Positions 9,467-18,667 of a DNA stretch of 64,000 nt are shown one piece after another. The notes beneath the pieces were generated by a model. The model had not been told where the DNA came from, searched no databases, and saw only the letters and a list, made by a program, of their open reading frames with translations. The DNA is from Candidatus Poribacteria bacterium. GTDB lineage: Bacteria > Poribacteria > WGA-4E > PCPOR2b. Numbering within the stretch: position 1 is the stretch's first letter; every line of letters starts with the position of its first letter. A program made the position numbers and the translations under genes. The DNA is taken from NCBI GenBank assembly GCA_965215015.1, contig OZ244042.1, positions 1,920,001 to 1,984,000 of the forward strand, given 5' to 3'.

Positions 9467-10909
9467 ATGGCTAGCAACTTGAATGATAGTATGCAATGGA
9501 AACGCACAAATATTGTTTGTACAATCGGGCCCGCTAGCAGCTCGCCAGAAATGTTACGTTCCCTGATTGAAGCAGGGATGAACGCGGCAAGAATCTCGTT
9601 CTCACACGGTTCACACGCCGATCACGCGCAAACTATAGCCCATCTGAAAACAGTATCCAACCAGCTCGGCGTAAGAATACCAATTTTGCAAGATCTCTCG
9701 GGACCAAAGATGCGGATTGGCAAATTCTTGGACGAGCCAATCAAGTTGGCCCCCAATGCCAGGTTTACCCTGACAACACGCGAAATCAGCGGCAATCTCA
9801 ATACTGTATCAATCAACTATCCCCAACTGGTTGCGGATGTTAAACCGGGGAACCGTATTTTACTGGCAGATGGAGAGATTGAGTTGTGTGTAACTTCAAC
9901 CACAACCACGGACATCATCTGCGAAGTCATTGCCGGTGGGCTGCTATCTTCAAGCAAAGGGATTAGCGTCCCCGGCATCACATTGCAAACCCCCATTCCA
10001 ACCCCAAAGGATGTCGAAGACCTGCGCTTTGGAATTAATCATCGAGTTGATTGGATCGCCCAATCCTTTATCAGAAGTGCCACAGACCTTCAGAACCTCA
10101 GATCTATCCTTCAACAACATAATTCCGATATACCAATCATCGCCAAACTGGAAAAACGTGAGGTATTGGAGGACTTAGATAACATTCTCACTGAAGCAGA
10201 TGCTGTGATGGTTGCTAGAGGGGATTTGGGGTTGGAGGTGCCCCTCCCGGAGGTGCCGCTCATCCAAAAGCAGATTATCAAGAGGGCAAACCTTGTGGGT
10301 AAACCGGTCATCACCGCAACCCAGATGCTTGAATCGATGATTATCAATCCACGTCCCACACGAGCAGAGGTCACAGACATTGCCAACGCGATTCTCGATG
10401 GCACCGACGCTTTAATGCTTTCCGGGGAGACTGCTATCGGCGAATACCCTTCTGACGCAGTCCGAACAATGGCTCAAACCGCTACGACAACTGAAACTAC
10501 CATCAACTACGTAGAGCACTTCAAACGCCAACCAATTACCCTTGAGGAGAGCGTGCCGGATGCAATTGCACACGCTGCCTGTCATACCTCCATAGAAATC
10601 GGCGCGAAAGCAATTATCTGCTGTACACGGACGGGGCAAACTGCGAGGCTAGTAGCGAAATACCGCCCACCTGCACCGATTGCAGTTGTCAGCCCTTATG
10701 AAACCACGCTCCGGCGTGCTGGACTCTTTTGGGGAGCATTCCCTGTCGCAATTGAATTCGCGCCTGACACGGACACGATGATTGCACGGGCGAAGCAAGC
10801 TGTATTGAAATCAGGGCTTGCACAGGTGGGAGACCGAGTGGTTATCATCGCAGGAATACCGGCGGACGTACCGGGTACAACAAACATGATTAAAGCAGAT
10901 ATCCTTTAG
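9467..10909 (+). CDS. pyk: Pyruvate kinase
   Basis: RTNIVCTIGPAS, FSHGS, DLSGPKMR, IIAKLE, MVARGDLGLE, TATQMLESM, PTRAEVTDIANAILDGTDALMLSGETAIG. True start may be ATG 9491. Confidence 0.97.
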   Translation: MASNLNDSMQWKRTNIVCTIGPASSSPEMLRSLIEAGMNAARISFSHGSHADHAQTIAHLKTVSNQLGVRIPILQDLSGPKMRIGKFLDEPIKLAPNARFTLTTREISGNLNTVSINYPQLVADVKPGNRILLADGEIELCVTSTTTTDIICEVIAGGLLSSSKGISVPGITLQTPIPTPKDVEDLRFGINHRVDWIAQSFIRSATDLQNLRSILQQHNSDIPIIAKLEKREVLEDLDNILTEADAVMVARGDLGLEVPLPEVPLIQKQIIKRANLVGKPVITATQMLESMIINPRPTRAEVTDIANAILDGTDALMLSGETAIGEYPSDAVRTMAQTATTTETTINYVEHFKRQPITLEESVPDAIAHAACHTSIEIGAKAIICCTRTGQTARLVAKYRPPAPIAVVSPYETTLRRAGLFWGAFPVAIEFAPDTDTMIARAKQAVLKSGLAQVGDRVVIIAGIPADVPGTTNMIKADIL

Positions 10910-11105
10910 ATGCGAATAGTAGGCATACGGCGTATGCCTACCCCCTTAAAAAGGTGCAACGAACACGCGACTACAAGTTCAAGGGCGTAACTCCTATGTA
11001 CTAATCAACCAACATAACCCCAGTGGGGCGACAGGTGTGTAGAATTCTAACCTAACTAGCAACTTAGGTTAGAATAGCTCGCTTTAACGAAAGGACAAAA
11101 TTCGT

Positions 11106-12848
11106 TTGCAAAGAGTACCACTTAGACAATACGTTTCACTCCTCACGTACTACCTCAAACCCCTATGGTTTCGAGTGACGCTGCTCGCCGTTTTCATGCT
11201 TGGTGGGATCGGCTTAAATTTGCTCAGTCCCCAAATTATTCGTTACTTCATTGATACGGCAAAGGCAGGGGGCGCTCTCCGAAATCTGCTTATTGCCGGT
11301 GGATTATTTCTTATAGTTGGCATCTTTGGGCAAATCGTCATGCTAGTCAGCTCCTATCTGGGTCAGGATGTCGGGTGGCGGGCGACCAATCGGATGCGCG
11401 GGGATTTGGCGTTTCACTGCTTAAATCTTGACATGTCTTTCCACCAGCAGTACACCCCCGGAGAGATGGTCGAACGCGTAGACGGGGACACGACTGCACT
11501 CTCAAATTTTTTCTCAGAATTTGTAATTCAGGTCATCGGGAGCACATTCCTCCTAGCTGGCATCATCATCATGGTCTCCCGAGAGGATTGGCGAGTTGGC
11601 ACTGCACTAACAGCGTTTGTAATTATTGCATTTGGCGTCTACAACCTCATACGAAGCTTTGCTGTTCCAGCGTATACCGCCGAGCGGGAGGGTTATTCCA
11701 AACTATACGGCTTTATCGAAGAACGGCTGATCGGGATTGAAGACATTCGGACAAACGGGGCAAACGCCTATACGATGGACCGGTTCTACGATGTCAACAG
11801 GGACGCTTATAGACGGGTGCTGAGATCCGAAATTAGGGGCGAGGTGGTGCAAGCAATCACGAGGATTATGTTTGCCCTAGGACTCGCGATTTCAATGGGT
11901 ATGGGCATTTACCTCTTCCGAGACGGGGTATTCACCATCGGTACGGTCTTTATGGTTGTCCATTATACTGCCATGCTCCGGCATCCCCTTGATCAAATCA
12001 GTCGTCAACTTAACGACCTTCAGAGAGCAACGGCAGGCTTAAAGCGAATCGAAGCCTTGCAGCGCACAACCTCTCACATTCAAGATGGAACCGAAACCCT
12101 GCCCGCCTCAGGAGCAATCTCCATCGAATTTGATGGAGTGACGTTTAACTACAATGAAGGCGAGCCAGTCTTAAAAAAAATCTCCTTTAACCTAGCACCG
12201 GGCAAAATCCTCGGCCTCTTGGGGCGGACGGGCAGCGGGAAAACAACCATGACTCGCCTACTGTTTCGGTTCTACGAGCCGAATAGCGGTGAAATCCGTT
12301 TGGGGGGGATGCCGATAATGAAGGTACAGCTAGACAGCTTACGCCAGCATGTAGGGTTGGTAACACAAGACGTTCAGCTGTTTTATGCGACCGTCCGGGA
12401 CAACATCACGCTTTTCAACTCTAAGATTACCGATTCGCAAATTTTGACGGTCATTGAAGACCTTGGACTGTCCGCATGGTATGCGTCGCTCCCAGCTGGG
12501 CTTGATACCGTGATCGCCTCCGGAGGGCTTTCCGCTGGAGAGGCACAATTGCTTGCATTTGCGCGGGTATTTCTCAAAGACCCGGGAATCATCATCCTTG
12601 ACGAACCCTCTTCACGATTGGACCCAGCAACCGAACAACAGATCGATCGCGCCGTTCAGAAATTGCTCCATAACCGGACAGGCATTATCATCGCCCATCG
12701 GCTCGGCACCGTTGAACGGGTCAACGAAATTATGATCTTGGAAGATGGCGAAATCCGTGAACATGGAGCGCGGGAGCATCTTGTGGAAGATCCGAATTCC
12801 CGGTTTTCACAACTGCTTAAAACAGGGTTGGAAGAGGTCATTGTGTGA
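11106..12848 (+). CDS. ABC exporter half-transporter (TMD plus NBD)
   Basis: Six hydrophobic segments; Walker A GRTGSGKT; degenerate signature LSAGEAQ; Walker B IIILDE; AHRL. TTG start with AAGGA RBS. Confidence 0.93.
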   Translation: MQRVPLRQYVSLLTYYLKPLWFRVTLLAVFMLGGIGLNLLSPQIIRYFIDTAKAGGALRNLLIAGGLFLIVGIFGQIVMLVSSYLGQDVGWRATNRMRGDLAFHCLNLDMSFHQQYTPGEMVERVDGDTTALSNFFSEFVIQVIGSTFLLAGIIIMVSREDWRVGTALTAFVIIAFGVYNLIRSFAVPAYTAEREGYSKLYGFIEERLIGIEDIRTNGANAYTMDRFYDVNRDAYRRVLRSEIRGEVVQAITRIMFALGLAISMGMGIYLFRDGVFTIGTVFMVVHYTAMLRHPLDQISRQLNDLQRATAGLKRIEALQRTTSHIQDGTETLPASGAISIEFDGVTFNYNEGEPVLKKISFNLAPGKILGLLGRTGSGKTTMTRLLFRFYEPNSGEIRLGGMPIMKVQLDSLRQHVGLVTQDVQLFYATVRDNITLFNSKITDSQILTVIEDLGLSAWYASLPAGLDTVIASGGLSAGEAQLLAFARVFLKDPGIIILDEPSSRLDPATEQQIDRAVQKLLHNRTGIIIAHRLGTVERVNEIMILEDGEIREHGAREHLVEDPNSRFSQLLKTGLEEVIV

Positions 12849-12905
12849 CAGGCCTTCTACTTCGAGCAGCATCTCTGACATCCAGCGAACTATTTTCTCT
12901 CTCGG

Positions 12906-12935
12906 TTGACTCATGAGGCTGGTAGAATGTATAAT
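12906..12935 (+). promoter_or_regulatory. Putative sigma70 promoter upstream of the E2 gene
   Basis: TTGACT-N18-TATAAT. Confidence 0.55.
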
Positions 12936-13086
12936 TAACCGAAGCTGACACCTACAGTCAAGGGGGGCGGGCGGATAGTGGGCGACAAATGTCTAGAAGA
13001 AGGTACAACGAAGCTAATCCCAAAACCCCAGAAAGCGATATATTCTTTCGATCCAGTCGAGCGAAAGGCTACCACGGATAACAGAT

Positions 13087-14205
13087 ATGACAACCGAATT
13101 TAACCTCCCCGAACTCGGAGAAGACATTGACGCCGGCGATGTTGTCGCCCTGCTCGTGTCTGTCGGCGACACAATTGAAGTAGATCAGCCTGTGCTAGAG
13201 ATCGAAACGGATAAGGCTGCAATCGAAATACCTTCTGCCGTCAGTGGTATCATCACGGCAATTCATGTGGAGGAAGGCGGAATAGTGGAGGTCGGGAAGC
13301 CGATTCTCACGGTTGATACAGAGGGGGTGGGTGAAGGAGGGGACAAACCTGTACAGCGACCAAAGGAAACCGTCCCCACCCTCGAAATAGCACAACCTAC
13401 ACCTGCCAGCGTGAAAAGGCAGGAGGAGACACCGACCATCGTAGCAGCTGAAACACAAGTAACCACTGAAACGCCTGAACCGCTACCAGATTTCTCAAGA
13501 TGGGGCGAAGTCGAGCGAACAGCAATGGGAGGGATACGCCGTGCCACCGCGAAATACATGGCTACTGCTTGGGCAACAATCCCGCATGCCACAAATTTCG
13601 ATAAGGCGGACATCACAGAGCTCGAGAAACTCCGAAAACAGCACACCTCAAAGGTTGAGGCTGCCGGGGGCAAACTCACTATCACGGCAGTACTCCTCAA
13701 AATTGCGGCGGGCGCGTTGAAGCAGTTCCCGCAGTTTTGCGCGAGCGTGGACATGGAGAGCGCGGAGATTATCTACAAAAAATACTATCACATCGGTGTG
13801 GCAGTCGACACGCCGCAAGGACTTCTAGTACCCGTCATCCGTGAGGTCGATCAGAAGAATATTATCGAATTAGCGATTGAACTCAGTCAGGCAGCGGAGA
13901 AAGCAAGAAATAGGAAACTCGGTTTTGAAGAAATGCAGGGCGGGACCTTCACGATAAGCAATCTCGGCGGCATCGGTGGAATGAACTTCGCCCCGATTAT
14001 CAATGCCCCTGAAGTTGCCATTCTCGGTGTTGCCCGCAGTCGGATTGAACCAGTATTTACTGATGACCAGTTTCAGCCGCGCCTGATGTTGCCACTCGCG
14101 CTCTCCTACGATCATCGCTTGATTGATGGTGCCGATGCAGCCCGTTTTCTGCGTCGGTTGGTTGATGTACTGGAGAATCCCTTCTTACTCGCTCTGGAAG
14201 GATAA
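13087..14205 (+). CDS. aceF: 2-oxoacid dehydrogenase E2 (dihydrolipoamide acyltransferase, AceF-like): one lipoyl domain plus catalytic domain
   Basis: Lipoyl motif ETDKA; PDFSRWGEVE; GTFTISNLGGIGG; catalytic DHRLIDGA. No peripheral subunit-binding domain is visible. Substrate specificity is inferred. Confidence 0.8.
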   Translation: MTTEFNLPELGEDIDAGDVVALLVSVGDTIEVDQPVLEIETDKAAIEIPSAVSGIITAIHVEEGGIVEVGKPILTVDTEGVGEGGDKPVQRPKETVPTLEIAQPTPASVKRQEETPTIVAAETQVTTETPEPLPDFSRWGEVERTAMGGIRRATAKYMATAWATIPHATNFDKADITELEKLRKQHTSKVEAAGGKLTITAVLLKIAAGALKQFPQFCASVDMESAEIIYKKYYHIGVAVDTPQGLLVPVIREVDQKNIIELAIELSQAAEKARNRKLGFEEMQGGTFTISNLGGIGGMNFAPIINAPEVAILGVARSRIEPVFTDDQFQPRLMLPLALSYDHRLIDGADAARFLRRLVDVLENPFLLALEG

Positions 14206-14269
14206 ATAAAGCATCTAAAACCAAGAAAAGGAGGCAATTCCCTTAGAAAAACGCTGTTAAGGACGCCCT

Positions 14270-14881
14270 ATGGAAGACTACGATATTAATGAATTGATTG
14301 AACAGTTAGAATATGATGAAGATCGAGAAGCGACAATCTCAGCGTTGGTTGAGATTGGTGAATCTGTTGTGCCTGACTTGATAGAGGCGTTAGAAAACGT
14401 GATTTGGGATGTGTGTGATGGCGCCGCTGACGCCTTAGCGCAGATTGGAGCCCCTGCTGTCCCCGCTTTGATAGATACGTTTGCCCATGAATTCAGGCAT
14501 GTTGCACTCAATGCCTCCGACGCAGCCGCTCGAATTGGAGCCCCTGCTGTGCCCGCTTTAGTTGAAGCATTAAACGACACCTATGACCCCGTCCGAGAAT
14601 ATGCTGTCCGGGCGTTAAGTACGATTGGAAAATCCACCCAAGCTGTCGTGCCGGCATTGATTCAAGCACTCGGCGACGATGAAGTAGATATTCGCACCTA
14701 CGCTGCCGTTGGACTGGCAAATGTCGGTGAGGCCGCCAGCGACGCCGTGCCCGCTTTGATCGCCACCTTGATGGAGGAATCTGGCTTAACGGAGGAATCC
14801 AATCGAGTGCGTCAACATGTCGCTTTTGCATTGGCAAAAATCGGGACACCAGAAGCAGAAAAAGCCTTAAGCGAACTGTGA
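14270..14881 (+). CDS. HEAT-repeat (PBS-lyase-like) protein
   Basis: Repeated AA.AL..IG..AVPALI.AL units. Confidence 0.88.
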   Translation: MEDYDINELIEQLEYDEDREATISALVEIGESVVPDLIEALENVIWDVCDGAADALAQIGAPAVPALIDTFAHEFRHVALNASDAAARIGAPAVPALVEALNDTYDPVREYAVRALSTIGKSTQAVVPALIQALGDDEVDIRTYAAVGLANVGEAASDAVPALIATLMEESGLTEESNRVRQHVAFALAKIGTPEAEKALSEL

Positions 14882-14951
14882 GGTAAAATTATGGTTCAGA
14901 AAGAAATCCCCTCGACGAAGACATGAGATACAGCTCATTGAGATAATTCAT

Positions 14952-14980
14952 TTGAAAATTAAGTCACGATGTGGTATTCT
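14952..14980 (+). promoter_or_regulatory. Putative promoter for the oxidoreductase operon
   Basis: TTGAAA-N17-TATTCT with TG extension. Confidence 0.4.
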
Positions 14981-15188
14981 TAATAAGGTTTTCTGCTGCT
15001 CAGACTTTATCCAATCATCAAGAATTGGTATATTCGCTTAATTGGTCAATGAACTCTTCAACCCCTGCACTCCTGAATTTGGTATAATCAAAAGCAAAAT
15101 TCTCAGCTATCACTATGTAGAGGGAATTTGGCTTTGTCAATCTGCGTTTTTTAAACAGGTGGAAACCCTACGATAGAAAGGATATGAA

Positions 15189-16970
15189 ATGGGAAATTAC
15201 GATTTTGCTATTGGTATGGGTGGGGCACCCGGCCAAGGTATTGAGAGTAGTGGACCACTGCTGTTGAGGATTTGTGCGCGGCGTGGCGTTTATGCGTTCA
15301 CCTACAGTGCCTACCAATCCCTCATCCGTGGCGGCCACACCTTCTTAACCATGCGCCTCTGCTCCGAACCCATCGCAAACCATGGTGATAAGATTGACTT
15401 GGTCATTGCCTTGAACCAAGACGCAATGGACAAACACCTTCAGAACGTTGTCCCCGGAGGGGCAATTCTCTATAACAGCGACAACACGAAGCCCGAAGCG
15501 GAGGTCCCAGAGGGCGTTCAGCTATGTCCACTCTCCTTTAAGGAGCTGTCTAATAATAGCCGAAACCGAATCATGCTAAATACCTTGTTGCTTGGTGCCA
15601 CGCTTAACATGATTGGCGCAGGCTTGGAACAGTTGGAAAATATTTTAACAATCCAGTTCCAACGTAAGGGGCAGGACGTTGTTGACGAAAACGTCGGTAT
15701 CGCCAGAGCGGGGTTCGATTATGCTGCTGAACATTTCACACCGTTCCCCATATCATTGCCAGAGCAAGACAAACCGCTGGCGGTAACAACCGGCAACGAC
15801 ATGATGGCAATGGGGGGCGCAGCAGCCGGCGTCAAATTCTATTGCGCCTACCCGATGAGCCCTTCGACCGGTGTGTTGCACTGGATGGCTACCAACGCCC
15901 GCGACTTGGGGATCATGGTACGGCAGGTTGAAGACGAAATCGGGGTCGCTAATATGGCAATCGGTGCCGCCCATGGCGGTTGCCGGGCGATGTGTGCCAC
16001 CTCCGGCGGCGGGTTCGCCCTGATGACTGAAGCTATCGGTAGTGCCGGAATGATGGAAATTCCCGTAGTTATTATTAATGTCCAACGCGGGGGGCCATCG
16101 ACCGGGCTACCAACCAAGACCGAACAAGGGGACCTGTGGCAGCTACTTGGTGCCAGCCAAGGCGACTTCCCCAAAATTATTGTCGCGCCAACCAGTATCG
16201 TTGATGGTTTCGATGTCATTCCAGAACTCTTCAATTTGGTTGATAAGTATCAGTGCCCGGGGATGGTCATTTCCGACCTCACACTCTCTATGGGATACAC
16301 CAATATCGATCCAGAGCTTATCAATTGGAATCAGAAAATTGATCGCGGCGAGATTATCACTGAAGATAACGGTTCAGACGACAAATACCAACGTTTTAAA
16401 ATTACCGAGAGTGGTATTTCTCCACGAGCGTTGCCCGGAACACCGGGACATGTCCATGTTGTCGCGACGGATGACCATGATGAAGATGGAGTGCTGATTA
16501 GTGATGAGTTCACGAATCCCCACAAACGCCGAGACATCATGGAAAAACGCCAGCGTAAGATGGATGGCATTATGGAGGAATTGCCAGCTCCCACCCTGAC
16601 AGGACCCGAAGATGCAGAACTCACCCTGATCGGTTGGGGCTCAACAGAAAGCCTCCTCAGCGAAGCAGCAAGTCTGCTCAGAGCAGACGGGCACAGTACG
16701 AACCATATACACTTCAGATGGATCTACCCAATGGACACAGAGAAGGTGAATCAGCTGCTCTCGAAGTGTAAACGTGCTATTATTGTTGAAGGTAACTATA
16801 CCGGTCAGTTTGCTCGCTTCCTGCGGGGCGAAACCGGCTTCAAGGCTAACGGCCACATCCGTAAATATGACGGTGAGCCATTCATGCCGCACCACATCGT
16901 TGACGGCGCGAAAGAGATTGAGGCAGGCAAGACCGAGTTGTATATCCCGTATCAGGAAATTGTAGTTTAA
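15189..16970 (+). CDS. korA: 2-oxoacid:ferredoxin oxidoreductase alpha subunit
   Basis: GGAPGQG, IRGGH, YPMSPST, QVEDEI, ATSGGGFALM, QRGGPSTGLPTKTEQGDL, IGWGST, KYDGEPF. Confidence 0.93.
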   Translation: MGNYDFAIGMGGAPGQGIESSGPLLLRICARRGVYAFTYSAYQSLIRGGHTFLTMRLCSEPIANHGDKIDLVIALNQDAMDKHLQNVVPGGAILYNSDNTKPEAEVPEGVQLCPLSFKELSNNSRNRIMLNTLLLGATLNMIGAGLEQLENILTIQFQRKGQDVVDENVGIARAGFDYAAEHFTPFPISLPEQDKPLAVTTGNDMMAMGGAAAGVKFYCAYPMSPSTGVLHWMATNARDLGIMVRQVEDEIGVANMAIGAAHGGCRAMCATSGGGFALMTEAIGSAGMMEIPVVIINVQRGGPSTGLPTKTEQGDLWQLLGASQGDFPKIIVAPTSIVDGFDVIPELFNLVDKYQCPGMVISDLTLSMGYTNIDPELINWNQKIDRGEIITEDNGSDDKYQRFKITESGISPRALPGTPGHVHVVATDDHDEDGVLISDEFTNPHKRRDIMEKRQRKMDGIMEELPAPTLTGPEDAELTLIGWGSTESLLSEAASLLRADGHSTNHIHFRWIYPMDTEKVNQLLSKCKRAIIVEGNYTGQFARFLRGETGFKANGHIRKYDGEPFMPHHIVDGAKEIEAGKTELYIPYQEIVV

Positions 16971-16982
16971 GGAGGAATTAAG

Positions 16983-17882
16983 ATGGCAAACGATGGAAAA
17001 CCCATAAAGGCAGCTCCTACAGCGAAAGATTTTAAAGGAAGCATTTCCCCGGATTGGTGCCCCGGATGCGGGGATTTTGGCGTGTTGAGATCTCTTGAAA
17101 TCGCTTGTGCTAAAACTGGACGCGAACCGCATGAATTTATCACGATTAGCGGAATTGGCTGCTCGTCCAACTTGCCCGGATTCATCAACACCTATGGGAT
17201 GCACACCCTACATGGACGGTCACTTGCTGTGGCGACGGGGATGAAACTCTCCAATCATGAGATGAAAGTCATTGTCACAGGAGGCGATGGCGATGGATAT
17301 GGGATCGGCGGAAATCATTTCCTGCACACCACCCGCCGCAATATCGATCTCCTGTATATTGTGATGAACAACCAAATCTATGGATTGACGATTGGTCAAA
17401 CCTCGCCCACAAGCGAAATGGGCATGAAGACCAAGAGTACCCCTTTTGGCAGTGTCGAACAACCTCTGAATCCGCTCGCGTTGGCGATCCTCTCCGGCGC
17501 AACCTATGTAGCCCGAGGGTTTAGCGGCGACACCAAGCACCTCGCTGAATTGATGTATAGAGGGATTGAGCATAACGGGTTCGCACTCGTGGACGTCTTC
17601 AGTCCCTGTATCACCTTCAATAAGGATAACACCTTCGCTTTCTTCAAACAGCGCGTGAATAAGCTCGAAGAAGAAGGACATGATCCCACCGACATGCAAG
17701 CTGCCCTTCAACAAGCCATGATTTGGGGAGATGAGATTCCTATCGGTCTGTTTTATGAGGACACAACCCGTGAGGCGTTGGAAGACCTCGAACCGGTCCT
17801 GCAGGAAGGTGCTATGGGTAGAAGGACAAATCTCGCCATTACAAAAGAGCAAGGTGAATCGATTGTCAAACAGATGATGTAA
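16983..17882 (+). CDS. korB: 2-oxoacid:ferredoxin oxidoreductase beta subunit (TPP-binding)
   Basis: WCPGCGD, SGIGCS, HTLHGR, GGDGD...NNQIYGLT.GQTSPT, SPCITFN. RBS AAGGAGG. Confidence 0.94.
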   Translation: MANDGKPIKAAPTAKDFKGSISPDWCPGCGDFGVLRSLEIACAKTGREPHEFITISGIGCSSNLPGFINTYGMHTLHGRSLAVATGMKLSNHEMKVIVTGGDGDGYGIGGNHFLHTTRRNIDLLYIVMNNQIYGLTIGQTSPTSEMGMKTKSTPFGSVEQPLNPLALAILSGATYVARGFSGDTKHLAELMYRGIEHNGFALVDVFSPCITFNKDNTFAFFKQRVNKLEEEGHDPTDMQAALQQAMIWGDEIPIGLFYEDTTREALEDLEPVLQEGAMGRRTNLAITKEQGESIVKQMM

Positions 17883-17937
17883 GCTAGGCCGCGAGGCAAC
17901 CAGCCTAACACAATCTATATCCGTTACAACCGTAAAT

Positions 17938-17978
17938 CAGCCTGAAATCGTTAACCCGATTTCAGGCTGTTTTTCTTT
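17938..17978 (+). terminator. Rho-independent terminator between korB and the convergent tRNAs
   Basis: 13-bp stem CAGCCTGAAATCG/CGATTTCAGGCTG followed by a T-run. Confidence 0.8.
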
Positions 17979-17994
17979 CTGTTCTTAGAGAAAA

Positions 17995-18070
17995 TGGTGG
18001 GGCGTACTGGATTTGAACCAGTGCCTTCTACCGTGTGAAGGTAGCGCTCGTACCCCTGAGCTAACGCCCC
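17995..18070 (-). tRNA. tRNA-Val(CAC)
   Basis: Reverse complement GGGGCGTTAGCTCAGGGGTACGAGCGCTACCTTCACACGGTAGAAGGCACTGGTTCAAATCCAGTACGCCCCACCA forms a full cloverleaf with CCA encoded. Confidence 0.95.
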
Positions 18071-18114
18071 ATAAATTGAATCGCAGGAAAAGGAAAATCA
18101 AGACGGGAAGAAAG

Positions 18115-18190
18115 TGGTGGGCCCACTAGGATTTGAACCTAGGACCGGCCGGTTATGAGCCGGCTGCTCTAACCCCTGAGCTACAGGCCC
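18115..18190 (-). tRNA. tRNA with CAT anticodon, most likely tRNA-Ile2 (lysidine-modified)
   Basis: GGGCCTGTAGCTCAGGGGTTAGAGCAGCCGGCTCATAACCGGCCGGTCCTAGGTTCAAATCCTAGTGGGCCCACCA. Paired 1:72 and no GGG/CCC anticodon stem, so not an initiator. ileX-like sequence and position downstream of rpoD. Confidence 0.9.
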
Positions 18191-18212
18191 CCCTTGAATT
18201 GCACAACTACTA

Positions 18213-18629
18213 TAACGCAAGTTGCTAATGGTAGGTATATTCCGTATGCCGTAACCCCTATTTAATCATTCATTGACCTATTGCTGTATGTCTAGCGTTC
18301 AGCAGGTCAATGAACGAATGAACCCATAATGAACTTCTTACGCATTAAATTCCACATTCCGTACTCTGGCAGGCACCGGAACAATAACTAGGTTCTGTTG
18401 ACATTTGACAAATCGAACCCCATCTTCGTGCCAAGAGTATTTTGGACAGGCACAAGACCTGCCCCTACATTAAGGCGATGCTTGTGGAAGGGCAACCCTT
18501 GGGATTGCGTTGCTGGCGGTCAATTTTCCAAAATCAACATTAGCGGGCTCATCTTTTGGCGGATTACCCGATGATTACAGCATTTGCCGAGTTGGCGACA
18601 GCAAAATATCAACTAACAACTTAAGGTTA
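18213..18629. mobile_element. Composite MITE-like insertion (family B ends) with nested repeats
   Basis: Ends TAACGCAAGTTGCTAA and CTAACAACTTAAGGTTA resemble the ends of 43921-44046. Contains octamer repeats, a TGTTGACATTT-type end (~18391) and REP-like hairpins. Confidence 0.55.
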
Positions 18630-18657
18630 TTATAAAAGTTTGTCGTAGATTTGTCAA
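18629..18657 (-). promoter_or_regulatory. Perfect-consensus sigma70 promoter facing the tRNA pair
   Basis: Minus strand TTGACA-N17-TATAAT immediately after the rpoD stop. Confidence 0.8.
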
Positions 18658-18667
18658 CGAAAATCTC

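Noticed and set aside
14891-14926. Small ORF MVQKEIPSTKT with a GAGGT RBS after the HEAT gene
   Set aside because: Only 11 codons; possibly a gene stub but unsupported.
17220-17852. 210-aa antisense ORF in korB, and similar ones in korA, E2, the LRR region and the propeller genes
   Set aside because: Shadow frames of well-supported genes, with no motifs or RBS.
18115-18190. Initiator or elongator tRNA-Met
   Set aside because: No C1:A72 mismatch or triple G-C anticodon stem; sequence and rpoD linkage fit Ile2 better, though elongator Met is not fully excluded.
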